Below are positions 24,791-37,290 of a DNA stretch of 64,000 nucleotides, piece after piece. The DNA lies in contig NC_045698.1 in assembly GCF_009834535.1 (NCBI RefSeq), positions 10,852,001-10,916,000 on the forward strand. The letters run 5' to 3'. The first letter of the stretch is position 1. Each line of letters begins with the position of its first letter. A model generated the notes under the pieces. The model ran no database searches. It was not told where the DNA came from and saw nothing but the letters and a program-made list of their open reading frames with translations. Origin of the DNA: Camelus ferus (taxonomy: Eukaryota). Position numbers and translations under genes: made by a program.

Positions 24791-25924
24791 TTTTTTTTTC
24801 TTCTAATTAGTCTGTAGGCACTCTTTCTCTTGTTATGGGAGAGTGATTTTGTGCCCTTGTGAAATTTAGTTCCATGAAAAAAGAGAGCCAATCAGAATAG
24901 CTAGGTTCTAATTACTTGGTAATCAAACATTACAAAAAAAAAACCTGACTAAGTGCCAAAGGTAGGAAAGACCGACTCTCAGCCTGGGTCATGTCTCTGG
25001 ACAAGTAGGTGTTACTACCCCTGGCAAAAGCAGCGTGTCCCCGGGGCCAGCACAGCCTTCCTCCCAGATCTGGGTATCAGATTTTGGCTGGAGTAGTCGA
25101 GGAGGACTGTGCGATGGGGTGTTGGAAATGAAGCAGAATCTGGGAGTAGGAGGAACTAGGTAAGATTGGGGGTCTATGGTCTCTTGATATTGGTAAGTTC
25201 TATGTTATGTACCCATAAAATAACTGAAGGGGCTTATCAGGGTCTCATTTTATGTAAGACCTCGAACAACAACGCAAGTGAGCACAAAGCCAAACCTGCA
25301 AGAACTCCCTCCGGAGGCACTGGGTACCGGGCTGAAGGCGGATGCACAGTTCGATGGTGATGGGAAATACACCACTGTCTGCAGCAAAGAGCTCTCCCTC
25401 TCAGATGCAAATGATCACGACTGAGAAGGTGGAAAAGGATCTAAAACAGGGTGGGGTAGTTTTTGAAATTTGATAGATTTCAATCTATTTTTGCATGCTT
25501 AGACCATATTAATGTTATTTTCCTTAAAGACAAGTTTTGGATGAAATATCCATTAACATGGGATTGAAAATAAGAGGATAAGCTTTTCATTTCTGCTTGT
25601 GTGAACATGGCAGAAGAGAATGGAGCCTCTGAGAGTCACTGCCAAACATGAGCAGAATGGCCCTCCCCCATCCTACCCTCTCTGACAGTCCCAGAACCTC
25701 CGTGTTGCTCCCTTGAGATCTGGTATAGACAGGCTGCCTGTTTAATGAGTTATCTCTCAGTTCCTCACAGAGGGACTCAAGGGCTCATCTTAGAAACCAT
25801 CAAAAATAGTTTCATAGTTAATGAAAATGAGAGCAGACATGAGAGAAGGTGACATCAGTGAGCAGTGTCCTCTGAAGTCAAAACATGTGAACAACTTCAG
25901 AATGTTGAAAATGATGCAGAAAGC

Positions 25925-26392
25925 AATCTGGACTTTTCAGACACATCAGTGTCATGAATGACAAAGTGTCCTGGATGAAGCTGAGGTGGCATAATAATCA
26001 AATGCAACATGTGAACCTCGAGTGGAGCTTGGATCAGGAAAAAGAAAAAGTGTGAAAAAATGTTTTGGGGGAATAATGGCAAATAACTGAAATATCAACT
26101 CTGTATTACATAATGTTATTGATTTGATGTTAATCTTCTCAAGTGTGGCATTGATATCCTGGTTAAAGAGAGGAAACTTATTCTTGGGACATAAATGGAA
26201 AAATTTTCAGGCTGAGGTCTAATGACGACTGCAACTTGCTGTCCCATCATTCAGAAGAAAAAAAAAGTAGATGGAAAATAGATAAAACAGCCAAATATTA
26301 ACAATTGGTGAATCCAAGGGGCAGGATTACAGGTGTTTCATGATATTATGTATTCAGCTTTTTTGAAAGATTGAAAATTTTCCAAATAAACA
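25925..26392 (+). mobile_element. Old L1 3'UTR (L1MC4/5-like)
   Basis: 'aatcaaatgcaacatgtgaacctcgagtggagcttggatcagga...ttaacaattggtgaatc...tgaaaattttccaaataaa'. Confidence 0.75.
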
Positions 26393-26564
26393 ATTGGGGG
26401 GACATGGTCCCTAATGCTGTCCCTCTTTTCTGGAATGCCACGTACAGGACTCATCTCACAGATCAGCATCACCATCCGAGTGTCCTCCATGCAGGTGTTG
26501 TCTTGACACATATTTCTCTGTTTGTTTTATTAAATCATTGCAGAAAAATTCTTTTGGGCAGTGA

Positions 26565-26650
26565 TTCTTCTTCTTCTTCCTTTTTCTTCCTTCTTTTTCC
26601 TTCTTCTCCTTCTCCTTTTCCTTCTTCTTCTTCCTCTTCCTCTTTCTTTG
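26565..26650 (+). repeat. Degenerate (TTC)n polypyrimidine tract
   Basis: Read directly from the sequence. Confidence 0.9.
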
Positions 26651-26915
26651 ATCATCTTTTGTTTTTCCCAGCATGGTGCCTTGGCTGTGCACACACTTAG
26701 CACGCTGGAAATAACTATCATACTTTTGAAAAAGTGAAATCTATTGTAAATACATGTCACGAGTAAGATGAGTCACCTTGGGCACGTTTCTTCACGTTTT
26801 GGAGTGTATTAACTTCCCCAGCACCCAAAACGCCCATGTGTGAGAACTTGATCTCCAAGTTCCCTTTTGGGTGGTTGGTGTCTAAGGAGCCCAGCGCTCC
26901 TGCTCGCTCTGGGTG

Positions 26916-26934
26916 TGGCCACGAGATGGCAGTG
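26916..26934 (+). promoter_or_regulatory. Predicted CTCF site
   Basis: tggccacgagatggcagtg matches the CTCF core TGGCCASYAGRKGGCRSY at all but one position, in non-repeat sequence. Confidence 0.6.
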
Positions 26935-29631
26935 TTTCAGAACGTTGTTCTAGTTGGAAGGAAGGTGTGAGCGTGGCTGACGGGCTGAAGGGGCATCAGT
27001 GGCAGAAGGTTGGCAGATCTAATGCCGTGTTCATCATCCAAGAGCTTTGGAAGCATGTTGGTAAAAAGACACTGTGAGTCGCCCTTGTTACACCCCTTGG
27101 CTAGAGCTCAAGTAGTTTATAGAGCAATAATCCCACGGAACTCCAAGAAATATTTTCTCGTCTGTGCTAACACTGTCTGTCATTTCCCTCTAGCTATGTA
27201 TGTGGTAATGTATTATTGCAAGGATGTCACCCAGCATCTCTCTCTGTTAGCCCATGACTCATTGCGTTTGCTTCTTAAGAAATGTAAACTACATTCAGCT
27301 CTCTGTGGCATGAATTCTAAACACAATCAATTACCAGCGACTATTCATCCCTCTTCTGGGTGTCTTAAGAATTATGGATGTGTGAGTGTTTCCATTACAC
27401 TTCCATTAACCTTCAGCATCAAAGAAAATGTTTCTCACTTAGAACCTTGACATCGGATGTAATCTTTAACGGGTTCTATCTTTAATACTGGGCTTTCGTA
27501 TCATGGTCTGTAAGGACCTAATGATTGAATTCTATGATTCCTACGTTCCTGTGACAAAGAAAACCAAGGTCATTTTTGTCCAAAGTCCAGTGCAGACTCA
27601 GTAAATTCCAGAGGAAGTCTAATAGGAATAAAACTTGATGGCTTTGCAGTTATCTTTGGATGCACTTCAGACTGAGGCTATAGATCACTGTAAATGTCTA
27701 GGCGAGTTCAGAGTTGGTGAAGCCAAACCCAAAGCTTGTGAAAAGGTGAGGAGGCTGCCCTGAGACCCTCTCAGCGAGTGTGGTCTCCCCACTCCATAAA
27801 TCTGTTGTAGGCGCGTCTCCGGTGTGGGCTGTTTGGCAGGAGCCCCTCTCAGATCTGCAGGGTGAGCTTGATGTCTGGAGAAGCATCATTTGGGTTCTTT
27901 TCCTCTGACAGCCTCCTGATAAATTCTTCCCCCAAATGGACAGACACTTGAGCAACTGTGCTTAATAGATTATCGTGTTAAGAGTGGTCCAACTTTAGGA
28001 TTACCCAAGGCTGAATGAAGTGCAAACGCTTGTCTTTCACTTGGTGGGTCCACAAACTGAATTAAGCCCTAGCTCATTAATCAGGTCAACTGGCAAAATG
28101 GCTTCCTACTGGGTAAGGATGCAGTGATGTGCATGGGAAAGCCTGGGCTTGGGCTGGTATCTATGAACCTAAATTTTTATAGTCTGCCTGGTGGGTAGAG
28201 GGTATTTAGCTATTTCAAAATTATGGATTATTTTTTGTTTCTGTTTTTCTAAAAACTCCAGGGATTAATTGTGGACTGTGTATGAATCATTGTGGGGTCT
28301 GTTATTTTGTTTATACACATCAAAAGTCAGTACTTTGTCTCTGACATCAAGACATACTATTCTTATCAAGACTTGATTCCTAAGATCTGTATTGATTATA
28401 GATTAGTTCCTCCCCCACCCCTCACCATTGGAACTCACTTTATCACCCTGTAAATTGATGACCGGAAGTAAAGTTTTCATAACAAAGCCTATCTTTGCCA
28501 ATTGTTTGTAAAATTTTAACACCAGGAAAGGATCGGAATAATTTAGAAGTGCTTTAAGGCAGCTATTTCTTGACTGGTTGCATGAAGCTACCACAGCGTC
28601 TAACAACTGTTCCTTTCAATATGTTAGCAAATTTCACCATGGTAGATCGTTAGGGTAGAAACTGTCCAGGGCACCCATTTTGTTTGTAAAGTGGCTCCAG
28701 TGTCCCGAAAGGTTTAAGGATTCCAACATTTAATAGTAGCTGGAGATAACTATGCTTTCAGAAAGAAAGATTTCAATACAATAGCTTCAGTGAGAAGATG
28801 TCCTGTTTTATAATTCAAAGAATGCAAGTAGAAGATGCTTTAGATATTGCATGGGTCAGAGTTGCCTTCACTTGAGTGGAAATCCAACACTAAATCCCTT
28901 GGTGTTGGAAATGTGAATGATTTCAACACGATTGCTACTTCTTTTAAGGCATGGGCCCCCACGGCTATCAGATACGTTACCATCACCTCTTAGGACGTTT
29001 GCTATTTCAGATTTTAGTGCACAGAACAGCTCTAGGGGTCATCTTCTGTTTCTTTCTTTTACTCCTGATATTTAAAGAGGCGAATCCTTGGCACATTCCC
29101 CCTTTAAGAGCAGAAACATCGCAGAGCAGGATCTGGGACAATTTTTGACGACCCATCCCTGTACTCCTATGCCTTCTCCCCCACCCCCTGCTCTGAGGAC
29201 ACAAGAATGAATATGATGATGTCAGTCATAGAGTGACAGAGGGCCAGAAAAACAGTGAATGAGATAATTTTTCTAAATGGGATCATGAAGACTGTATTTC
29301 TGGATGACAGGCTATTTGATCCAAGCTTTGAAGAGTATGCAGTATTTTAAAAGGCACTTTGGGGAAACTGAGCCTTTAGCCAGTAGTGGCAGTAAGAGGG
29401 GATGAGAAGAATGCTTGGCAGGTTTGACTAGTGCCAGGCAGCCCAATGCACATGGATTAGAGTGTGCGTGCATCTGAAGCATAGACTTCAGGGAAACCTG
29501 GAAAGTTAGTTTTGGTCTAGAGCAATGGTGGCCCCCAATGCCATGTGGAGGGGCTTGATTTCCAGTCTTTCAGCAACATGAGCCAGTGGCAATACTAGAA
29601 AAACTGAGTGACATAAAACCTACGTGAATAG

Positions 29632-29855
29632 TCAGTAATAAGACACTCACTGGGTGCAGGCATAGTTCTAGTGCTTCTCAGACATGAATGCATTGCATTT
29701 TCTCAATAATCCCATTGAATAAATACAATCACCCCCTACTTAAGTGGAAGCAAGGGGAATTTGAGCAATTTACTCAAGGTCACATACCAGAAGTGACAGA
29801 GCCAGAAGCCACACCAAAGAAGACTGGCTCCTGAGTCTGGGCTCTGGACCATTAC
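29632..29855 (-). mobile_element. MIR
   Basis: 'gagcaatttactcaaggtcacataccagaagtgacagagccag'. Confidence 0.8.
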
Positions 29856-31014
29856 CTTGTTTGGCAGCAGTGTTGGCCTGGAGAGAGTCCAGAGGGAAGG
29901 AGAAGGTGTTGCAATAACAAGAAGAGACACGAGGGGCTCAAACTAGCTCATGAAGTGCAAGGGGCAAAGTGGAGATGACAAAAGAACTTGTAGAGGAAAC
30001 AGTAACCTTGGCCTTGGTGGAGAAGTAAGTCAACTCTTCACATGTCATGGTTTTAAATCCCACCATCTCTTAATGCTTCCCCCTATTCCTACTCACCTTG
30101 TGCTTGTCTACTTCCCTCCAAGCTCCAGGTAAGGTCTCACCTGGGCAGAGTCAAGGAAGGACACTACTTACTTCATTCTAAACATGTGACGTGTGTTGAT
30201 GTATCACTTTTCCAGAAGCTACATTACCTTGTTTGGTAAAACTTCTAAGTCTGTTCCTCATGATAACTGTGATGTTTCTAGAGAGATGCAAAGGAAGGAC
30301 CTTTTAATCCAAAGGAAGAGGCTTATATTTATCCCAGAACTGAAGTGTTTTTAGAAAATAACTGAAGACCAGAATAGAATGAGAATGTCATCTTATTCAG
30401 TTTGGGAACTCTGTACTCTCAACTTTGGATCATTGATTTGCCAAATGTGGTTTATTAATCACTCAGAACAATCCAACTGGTTTCTTTGCCATGTTTTGCT
30501 TTCATGTGAAAGCTTGGCTAGAAAAAGCCTCTCTCAAGCTAGGTATTTTTGTTAAAATCATTGTTCTTGTTAAAAATCATTGAATTGTGATGTGAGTGTG
30601 GTGTCTTCATTTATTAAATTGACCTTAGTAAGGGAACCGATATCATCATAACAGTATTGATGGTAGCATATCTTGGATTTATAAAGAAAGTTTTTACGTA
30701 CTAATTGATTGGGAACCATCAGGGAAAGATAGGAAACCCAAAAATGTAAATCAATTTGACATCAGTAATTTCTATTCCTTTCTTGAGTCAGTCACATAAG
30801 AAAGTACATGATATTAATGCAGACATTGCACAATGAGCTGAAAAAGGGCTACAGTTTACCAAGCTTGTTGGAGCAATAGTCTAAGAAGAGCCATTTAAGG
30901 AATGTCTGGTTGTGCATCCTGTCCTAGGAAGTTAAGAAGAAACAATGCAATTGGGGTTTGGGGCATATAGCACTAAGGAGGACTTCATGGGGCTGATTTT
31001 AGTAGGAAGAAAAG

Positions 31015-31195
31015 TTACATTTATTGAGTATCTGTTGACAGCCATGCTTATTTCAGTGGTGTTAAACCTAACCACACTCTGGGAGCTGGATATTTTTTGC
31101 CTCAGAAGAGGGCGGTTTTCTGTGGTCGTACACATGTGGTAAGTGATGGAGTGAAGCTTATGATCCAGGTCTGCCTGATTCTGGAGCTAAGCCTC
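31015..31195 (-). mobile_element. MIR
   Basis: 'catttattgagta...gtaagtgatggagtgaagcttatgatccaggtctgcctgattctggagc'. Confidence 0.7.
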
Positions 31196-32799
31196 TTGCC
31201 TCAAGTAACTGAAGGTACCAGTCCTCCTTACTAGCACAACAGGGTCTTCAGCTGTGGAAGGGACTCTGTCAATCATTTTAACATCACTGCTCATCAGCGA
31301 TAGAGAAACAGACTCAGCAGTGATCCAATTCATTCCGTGTCATCTCCCCTTGAGCTGCGATGCCCATTTTGCTTCCTCTCCTTAGGGATATTGATGTGAA
31401 AACATAATCATAAACATAAATAATAAAACATAAGCAGTTTAAAAAACCATAGTATTTGTTTCTTAACAAAGTAGTTACAGGAGAATCTGTGTTTGACTTG
31501 ATTTCTCCCTGAATCCTGACATGGCGCTGGTGGAACCTAGCATTAGGTTGTAATTACGAGCAATGGTAATTGCCAACAATGTAAAAATCATGACAACAAT
31601 GAACTGATTATTCCTTAGACTCCTCATGGACTTTTCTATCCAGTAACTCAAAGGGAAATTCATGTAACCCATGATTTATAGAAATGTGATGTTAACATAT
31701 TCAACACGTTTCTTGGGTTGGTAACATAAAAGTAACTGTAGTGGGGCAGGAAAATTCAAAATTGGACGTAGAATCATAGATTTCAGATTCTTGCCAACTA
31801 GGCAGTTATCTAAAATGGCCAGTGTATTAGCTCATGAGTATCATGTAAGGTACTGCCATATGTAGTACCATATTCCACCTCTTTGAGTGACAGCCACACT
31901 CCATGGCAGCGCTTTGTCTTCTGGTCAGTCAAAAAGATTCATTTTGCTCTTCTCGAGAGAGGGAGAGGTTGGCTAGAGAGGAGAAAGATTCCTGCAAGCA
32001 GAAGGCAAGCAATTTCCCACATTTCTTGGTTTCTTTAACTTCAAGGTGTCTTCTGTTTTCTTTACCCAAGATTTCCTATCATTTCAGGGATAGGATGAAA
32101 TTTAAGGTGTTATTGATAATGTTTGTGGCTTTGCTGAGGGAGAAAGAGAGACAGAAGTTTTTCAACCAAGAGCATCACATGGACCTAATACCTAGCCAGG
32201 AAGAGAATGGTGATATCCAGCATTTCACATTCCTGGCTGTGCTTACACGGTGCACTAATTATGCAGAACAAATCTGTTCCATGTCATCTCCCTTTAGCTT
32301 TGATGCCCCCATTTTTCTTTCTCTCCTAAGGAATATTTACATGAAAATATCTTTGTTTCTTGAGAGTTTGTTTTTCCTTCTCTTTTTGAGGGCTCCCCTC
32401 TCTTTGAAAGTAGTGACTTTCATCTTCAAGCTTAGAAGGTTGGGTCCATACTGTTCTGCTTGTAACAACACAGGTCAGTTGCTAGGGAAACACATAAATT
32501 CACAGTTAACATTAACAAAAGGCACTGAGTTAAAACAGAGAAGCTTTTAGTGTAATTGGAACCTACGATATGCATGAACAGTAACGTTTGCTAATAAATT
32601 CTGTATTAATGAATTGGACTTAGCTTCTTCCCAAAGGATCAGTGTTAGGCTTTTTAGCATAGAAAGTGGTTTTTGAAAAAATCTTGTAAAAAGACTTAAA
32701 AAAAAAAAAGATTTCTTGCATAAATTATTAAAGATCTTTTTAAAGACCTCTTTAAAGGATCTTCCTTCTTGGCAAATAATCTAAGGATTCTTAATAATA

Positions 32800-33035
32800 G
32801 TAGCCATCATAATAGCTAAATTTTGAGCCCTTGATTCAAGGGAGATATGATGCTGAGCACGTGGCGAGCGTTAACATGCTGAGTTATTAGTTACTATGGT
32901 AGTTGCAGGTAGGTGTTTTGATTGTCTGCATTTTACAGATGAAGAACCTGAGTAAAAGAGAGGCTAAATGGCTCACTGAAGGACATCTGGGCAGAAGAGT
33001 GGCAGAGCGGTGATCTGAACTCAGGGAACGTGACA
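32800..33035 (-). mobile_element. MIR
   Basis: 'cattttacagatgaagaacctgag...agaggctaaatggct...gtggcagagc'. Confidence 0.8.
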
Positions 33036-34375
33036 TTCTTGGTGGTAGACATAAATGGCTGTTAAGCTATGCTACCTCCCAATCACAACCCCGTTGGTCA
33101 CTCATGAAGTCAAATTTTAAAACTTGATAGTTTAAGAACCAGAAAGTAGGAATTTCAGTGGATAGGCAAAATTTTCCCACAATGGGCTTTTCCCCCTCAT
33201 TTCATCAATTGAAAAGCAAATTAGAGTCTGATTTAAAAAAGAAAATTGGTGGGGAAGCTCTTCTTCCTGCAAGGGCAGAGGAGTAAATTCTAGAACATCA
33301 TTTATTTCTACAGTAACTTCAACTGTATCAACCCTCAGCAAAACAGGAGTCGTAGGGCTGGAAGTGACATTGGCCAACTCACAGGAAACAGACCTGCTCT
33401 CTCTTGTTTCCTACCCTCTCCTTTGCACTGAATTACTTTCTAAGCTATTTTTTGGACAAATCTTATTCAGTGATGAGACAGAATCAAGAACTGGTGGGTG
33501 AAGAACAGGCCTCCTAGAAGAGGTGTGTGTATGGGATTCAATAGAGAGACTAGCTGTTTTCCTCCGATGTCCTCTTCAGGTACAGCATTCTTTTCTCTGC
33601 CAAAGAAACCGCCTTTCTTCAGAGAGCTGCTACAGTGCGTAAGTGTTCTTGAGATCAAGTGGGCTGTCTTGTTAGTGGTGTGTTTCTGTATATACACGGG
33701 GATGTAGGAGTCCTTTCAAAATGGAAATCAATTGAACTTGCGATGACCTAAAGCAATAAATTAAACTGACATAAACAATGTTAACCTTGTTGACTTCTCA
33801 AGATTTTTAAATTAAAAAAGGTTTTTGTTTTTGGTTTTGATTTTTTTAGGAAGAACAGAATGATGCTGTCTTGTAGTTCATATTTTTCACTGAGAAATGC
33901 CTTAGGATTCATCACAGGCATATCGCTGAAGTCCTTATAAATATAATTTTCAATTTGGCTGCATTAGACTTGGTCTTTTCTCTCATCATCTCCACTATTT
34001 CAAAGAACACCATACATTTGAACTTCTGTGAAAGCGCCCCTTAATGAAAACAAAAAGAATAATTAACGGTCTCAGTAGCTCTGCTGCCAACAGTCCCTGT
34101 GGCTCTTTCCTGCTGGCATGTCAGCAAGGACAGACACTGCATGCCAACAAGTCTTTTGACACACTTTCTGTTTCCTCTTCTCTGTGTACCTTACAACCAG
34201 CTCAGGATTGCAAATGTCCAATAGCAAGGTTAAAAGTATTTTTCGTTATTATAATAGAAAATTGACAGATCACATGTGTCTCTTAAATGCAAAACATGCT
34301 TTTGAGTAAGGGGCAGTTTGGTGGGATATGCTACATCAGGAGCTTGTCATCACATTGGCTTTGGAATGGCTGGAC

Positions 34376-34378
<3 letters not shown>

Positions 34379-34410
<32 letters not shown>
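34379..34410 (+). repeat. (TG)16 microsatellite
   Basis: Read directly from the sequence. Confidence 0.97.
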
Positions 34411-34414
<4 letters not shown>

Positions 34415-34465
34415 TATGTGCACTTAAATGTGCATGAGTGTGCTGGCTCAGAAAGTACCTGTGCA

Positions 34466-34703
34466 TTTGGGATTAACAGATACACACTACTATATATAAA
34501 ATAAATAAATGACAAGGACCTACTGTATAGCACAGGGAACTATATTTAATACCTTGTTATAACATATAATAGAAAGGAATCTGAAAAAGAATGCATATAT
34601 GTATTATACATATATGTGTGTGTGTATATAAATAACTGAATCACTTTGTTGTACACCTGAAACATTGTAAATCAACTATCCTTCAATAAAATTGAAAGAA
34701 AGA
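34466..34703 (+). mobile_element. L1 3' terminus
   Basis: 'tttgggattaacagatacacactact...cctactgtatagcacagggaactata...cttcaataaaa'. Confidence 0.9.
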
Positions 34704-35589
34704 GGAAGTATCTGAACACTCACAGTACAATATTTAAGGAGGTCCTCACTCAGGGTTGTGTAAGTATAGAGTTGGTACCTGGAAGTAACTGCCTCCTTAA
34801 ATATCGGCCCTGGGTGGGTGGTCTCTCTCTTCCACCCCTGGCCCTGGCTCTATTGTGAATTCCTAAACAGAAAGGGGTGAGGGGTAGAGGAGTCACTGGC
34901 TTAATTTTCTGTCCCTTGTGACTAGTGAGGCCACACTTGGATAAGGTCTGTGAGCTGGGCTAGATGTGGCGGGGCTGTACCTCTCAAGAAATTTTAAAGT
35001 CAAAAAAGCTGAAGGAGAGTTGCAAAATTTATGATGAGTTTAAAATGCTCTCAGTTTAACTCTCTCGTGCTTCAAATATACCCCCAAATACAATGTATTA
35101 AAGTTGTGTTATTCAAAATAAATTTTATTAAAATTTATTAAAATATGATTTATTTAAATATGAATTCATGATGCACTGTGGGTGGTACAGTTTATTAATG
35201 GCATTCATATTTAAAACTGTCGTGAAGTATTCTTTCACGCCTGCCAGTGAATCTCTCTAATTGCGTGCATCCAGTCCTTTGTGGATGAGGCCAAGAGTCT
35301 GCATCTGAGGCCCTCCATCTACATGGGGCTTGAGGCATGTGGTCCATTAGCTCCTTCTTCTCTTCATCTGTCCTGTATCTGAGGCTGTAACTGGCAAACA
35401 GCTGTGGCAGTCAGTGTTGACAAACACCCAGTCCCAACAGCCTCTCGCTCAAAGCAGCTCTGCCGAGAAGCAAAGCCATGAGTGACTCCCGAGAAGAAGC
35501 AGCAGAAAGAAACTTCAAGATGAAAAGGACAGACTGACCAAGGCATTCCCCCTGAGGAACAGGGACCTTCAGATCAGGCAGGGACTCTC

Positions 35590-35740
35590 CACTAGCTCTG
35601 CATTAGGACCTCCTGGGAAGCTTGGAAAAAACACTGATGCCCAAGAACCTCCTCAGACTCATGAGGTCAGAATCTCTGAGATGGGTTGGACATTTCTATT
35701 TTTACAAAACTCTCTAGACGATTCTAATGTGTAGCTGGGT
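35590..35740. mobile_element. MER5-like hAT element
   Basis: 'acctcctgggaagcttggaaaaaacactgatgccc...tcagaatctctg...gattctaatgtgtagc'. Confidence 0.7.
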
Positions 35741-36809
35741 TGTCAGGTATCTTATAAGGAGCTAGTAGGCGGTTGACCAGATGCCCTTACTCATTCTTTC
35801 TACTAGACATTTGGGTGATTTTTGTTTGGTGGGGACAAGGAAGGATGGCTCTAAAGGGGAAGGAGAATGGAGAATTCCTAGAAAAGGTGCCATTTCCTGG
35901 CTTCTACTGCCTGGGGAGGCAAGGAGCCATCATTTGGGAGTGAATAGGAAACCCACTAATCCTGTCAATGAGACATGAATAGAGAAATAAAACCATATTC
36001 CCCAGTTTTATTTCAGACCCTTGACTTCTTTTCTACAACTGCAGTCATTTCTGAACCCTATGCCCCAAAGATGCACGAGGACAGAGAACAGCTAACAAAG
36101 CTTTTATTCCTGATAATCAAAGGCAGCTATAATGATTTCCCATCCACCCTGGCCCTAGTGGCCAAAGGGATGTGGCTCTCACATGAGAAACATCAAGATG
36201 ACTGGAGATGAGGTTGCTTGTTTCCATGGTTTAAAATTTTAACCTATCTCTCTAGCTTGAGTGATGCCCAAAACAAAGACAAAAAACAAACTAGAGGATT
36301 ACACAATCTGCTCTGGAAACCTAAGAAGTATTTAGGTTGAATCTGGAAAAAAAAAAGGGAACATTTTTTTTCAAACGTAACTGGAAACTTTCTCTGTTGG
36401 TTTTGTCAGATTCTTAGTGGACTGAATTCTAATGTCTGTAGCAAGTCTATGGTTGATGTAAATGTTAGGAGTGGACCTGTTCTAAGATCCTAAATTTCTG
36501 GAACTGTGACCAGCAGTGCCAACCTAGGTGCCTTGTCTTTCTAAATTCTACGTGGGCATATTTAAAACAGCTGAAGAAAACCCGTCCTCAGGCATAAACG
36601 CCCACAAGTGGTTGGTCAGAGCCCTCTTCCTTTGATGCGTAGACGCATTTTCTCCTTCTAAAAATTCTATTCAGTATTAGACTTTTTTTTTTTTTCCAGG
36701 AAAGCATTTGTCTGCATAGGCTTTTGTGCTGTAGAAAAGCAATTCTTCACATGCATATGATGAGTACATGGAGGAACCTAGTGGAAAGGACATAAACATG
36801 ATACACACT

Positions 36810-37025
36810 TGATTTCATGTCTGACTGGGCTGTGTACCAGCTGTGACTGTGGATGAGTGACTGATTCTCTCACCCTCCCACCTCTAAGATGCAGATGAGA
36901 AGATCTTCCTAGCACATGGCTGTCAATCATCGTAAGCTATTTCTCTTTTGTTCCTCTAACATTAAATGAGACCCATGTAAAATGTTTAGCACAGGACCCA
37001 GTTCATAGTAGGTGCTCAGTAAATG
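36810..37025 (+). mobile_element. MIR
   Basis: 'taccagctgtgactgtggatgagtgac...catgtaaaatgtttagcacag...catagtaggtgctcagtaaatg'. Confidence 0.75.
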
Positions 37026-37104
37026 TCATCAATTTCATGTTTTGGCATCATAAGCATTGTTCAGCCTATAATATATGCTGAACATTTCCTTCTACAAATG
37101 AATA

Positions 37105-37290
37105 AATAGCGGATACTCTAATATCTAATTCTTATATCATGCTTCCTATGTGCTGCACACTGTTCCAGCTGCTCAACTTATGTTAACTAATTTAATCTTA
37201 ATAATCTTATGACATAAGAAATATCATTAAAGCATTTTTATAGCCGAGGACACTGGGGCAACAAAGACTCAAGCAGAATTCCCCAAGGTG
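37105..37290 (-). mobile_element. MIR fragment
   Basis: 'tgcttcctatgtgctgcacactgttc...catttttatagccgaggacactggggc'. Confidence 0.65.

Noticed and set aside
31845..31867. Small hairpins as pre-miRNAs (here, ~31545-31575 and ~53667-53692)
   Set aside because: Stems are only 8-11 bp and no known mature miRNA sequence is recognised.
31903..32550. Longest ORF in the window (215 aa)
   Set aside because: F/L/S-rich composition mirrors the pyrimidine-rich DNA, with no recognisable domain or clear exon structure; probably chance. BLASTP/PhyloCSF would settle it.
33830..33880. Strong-looking acceptor (tttttttag|GAAG); similar at 36699
   Set aside because: No matching donor at exon distance; T runs create such sites by chance.
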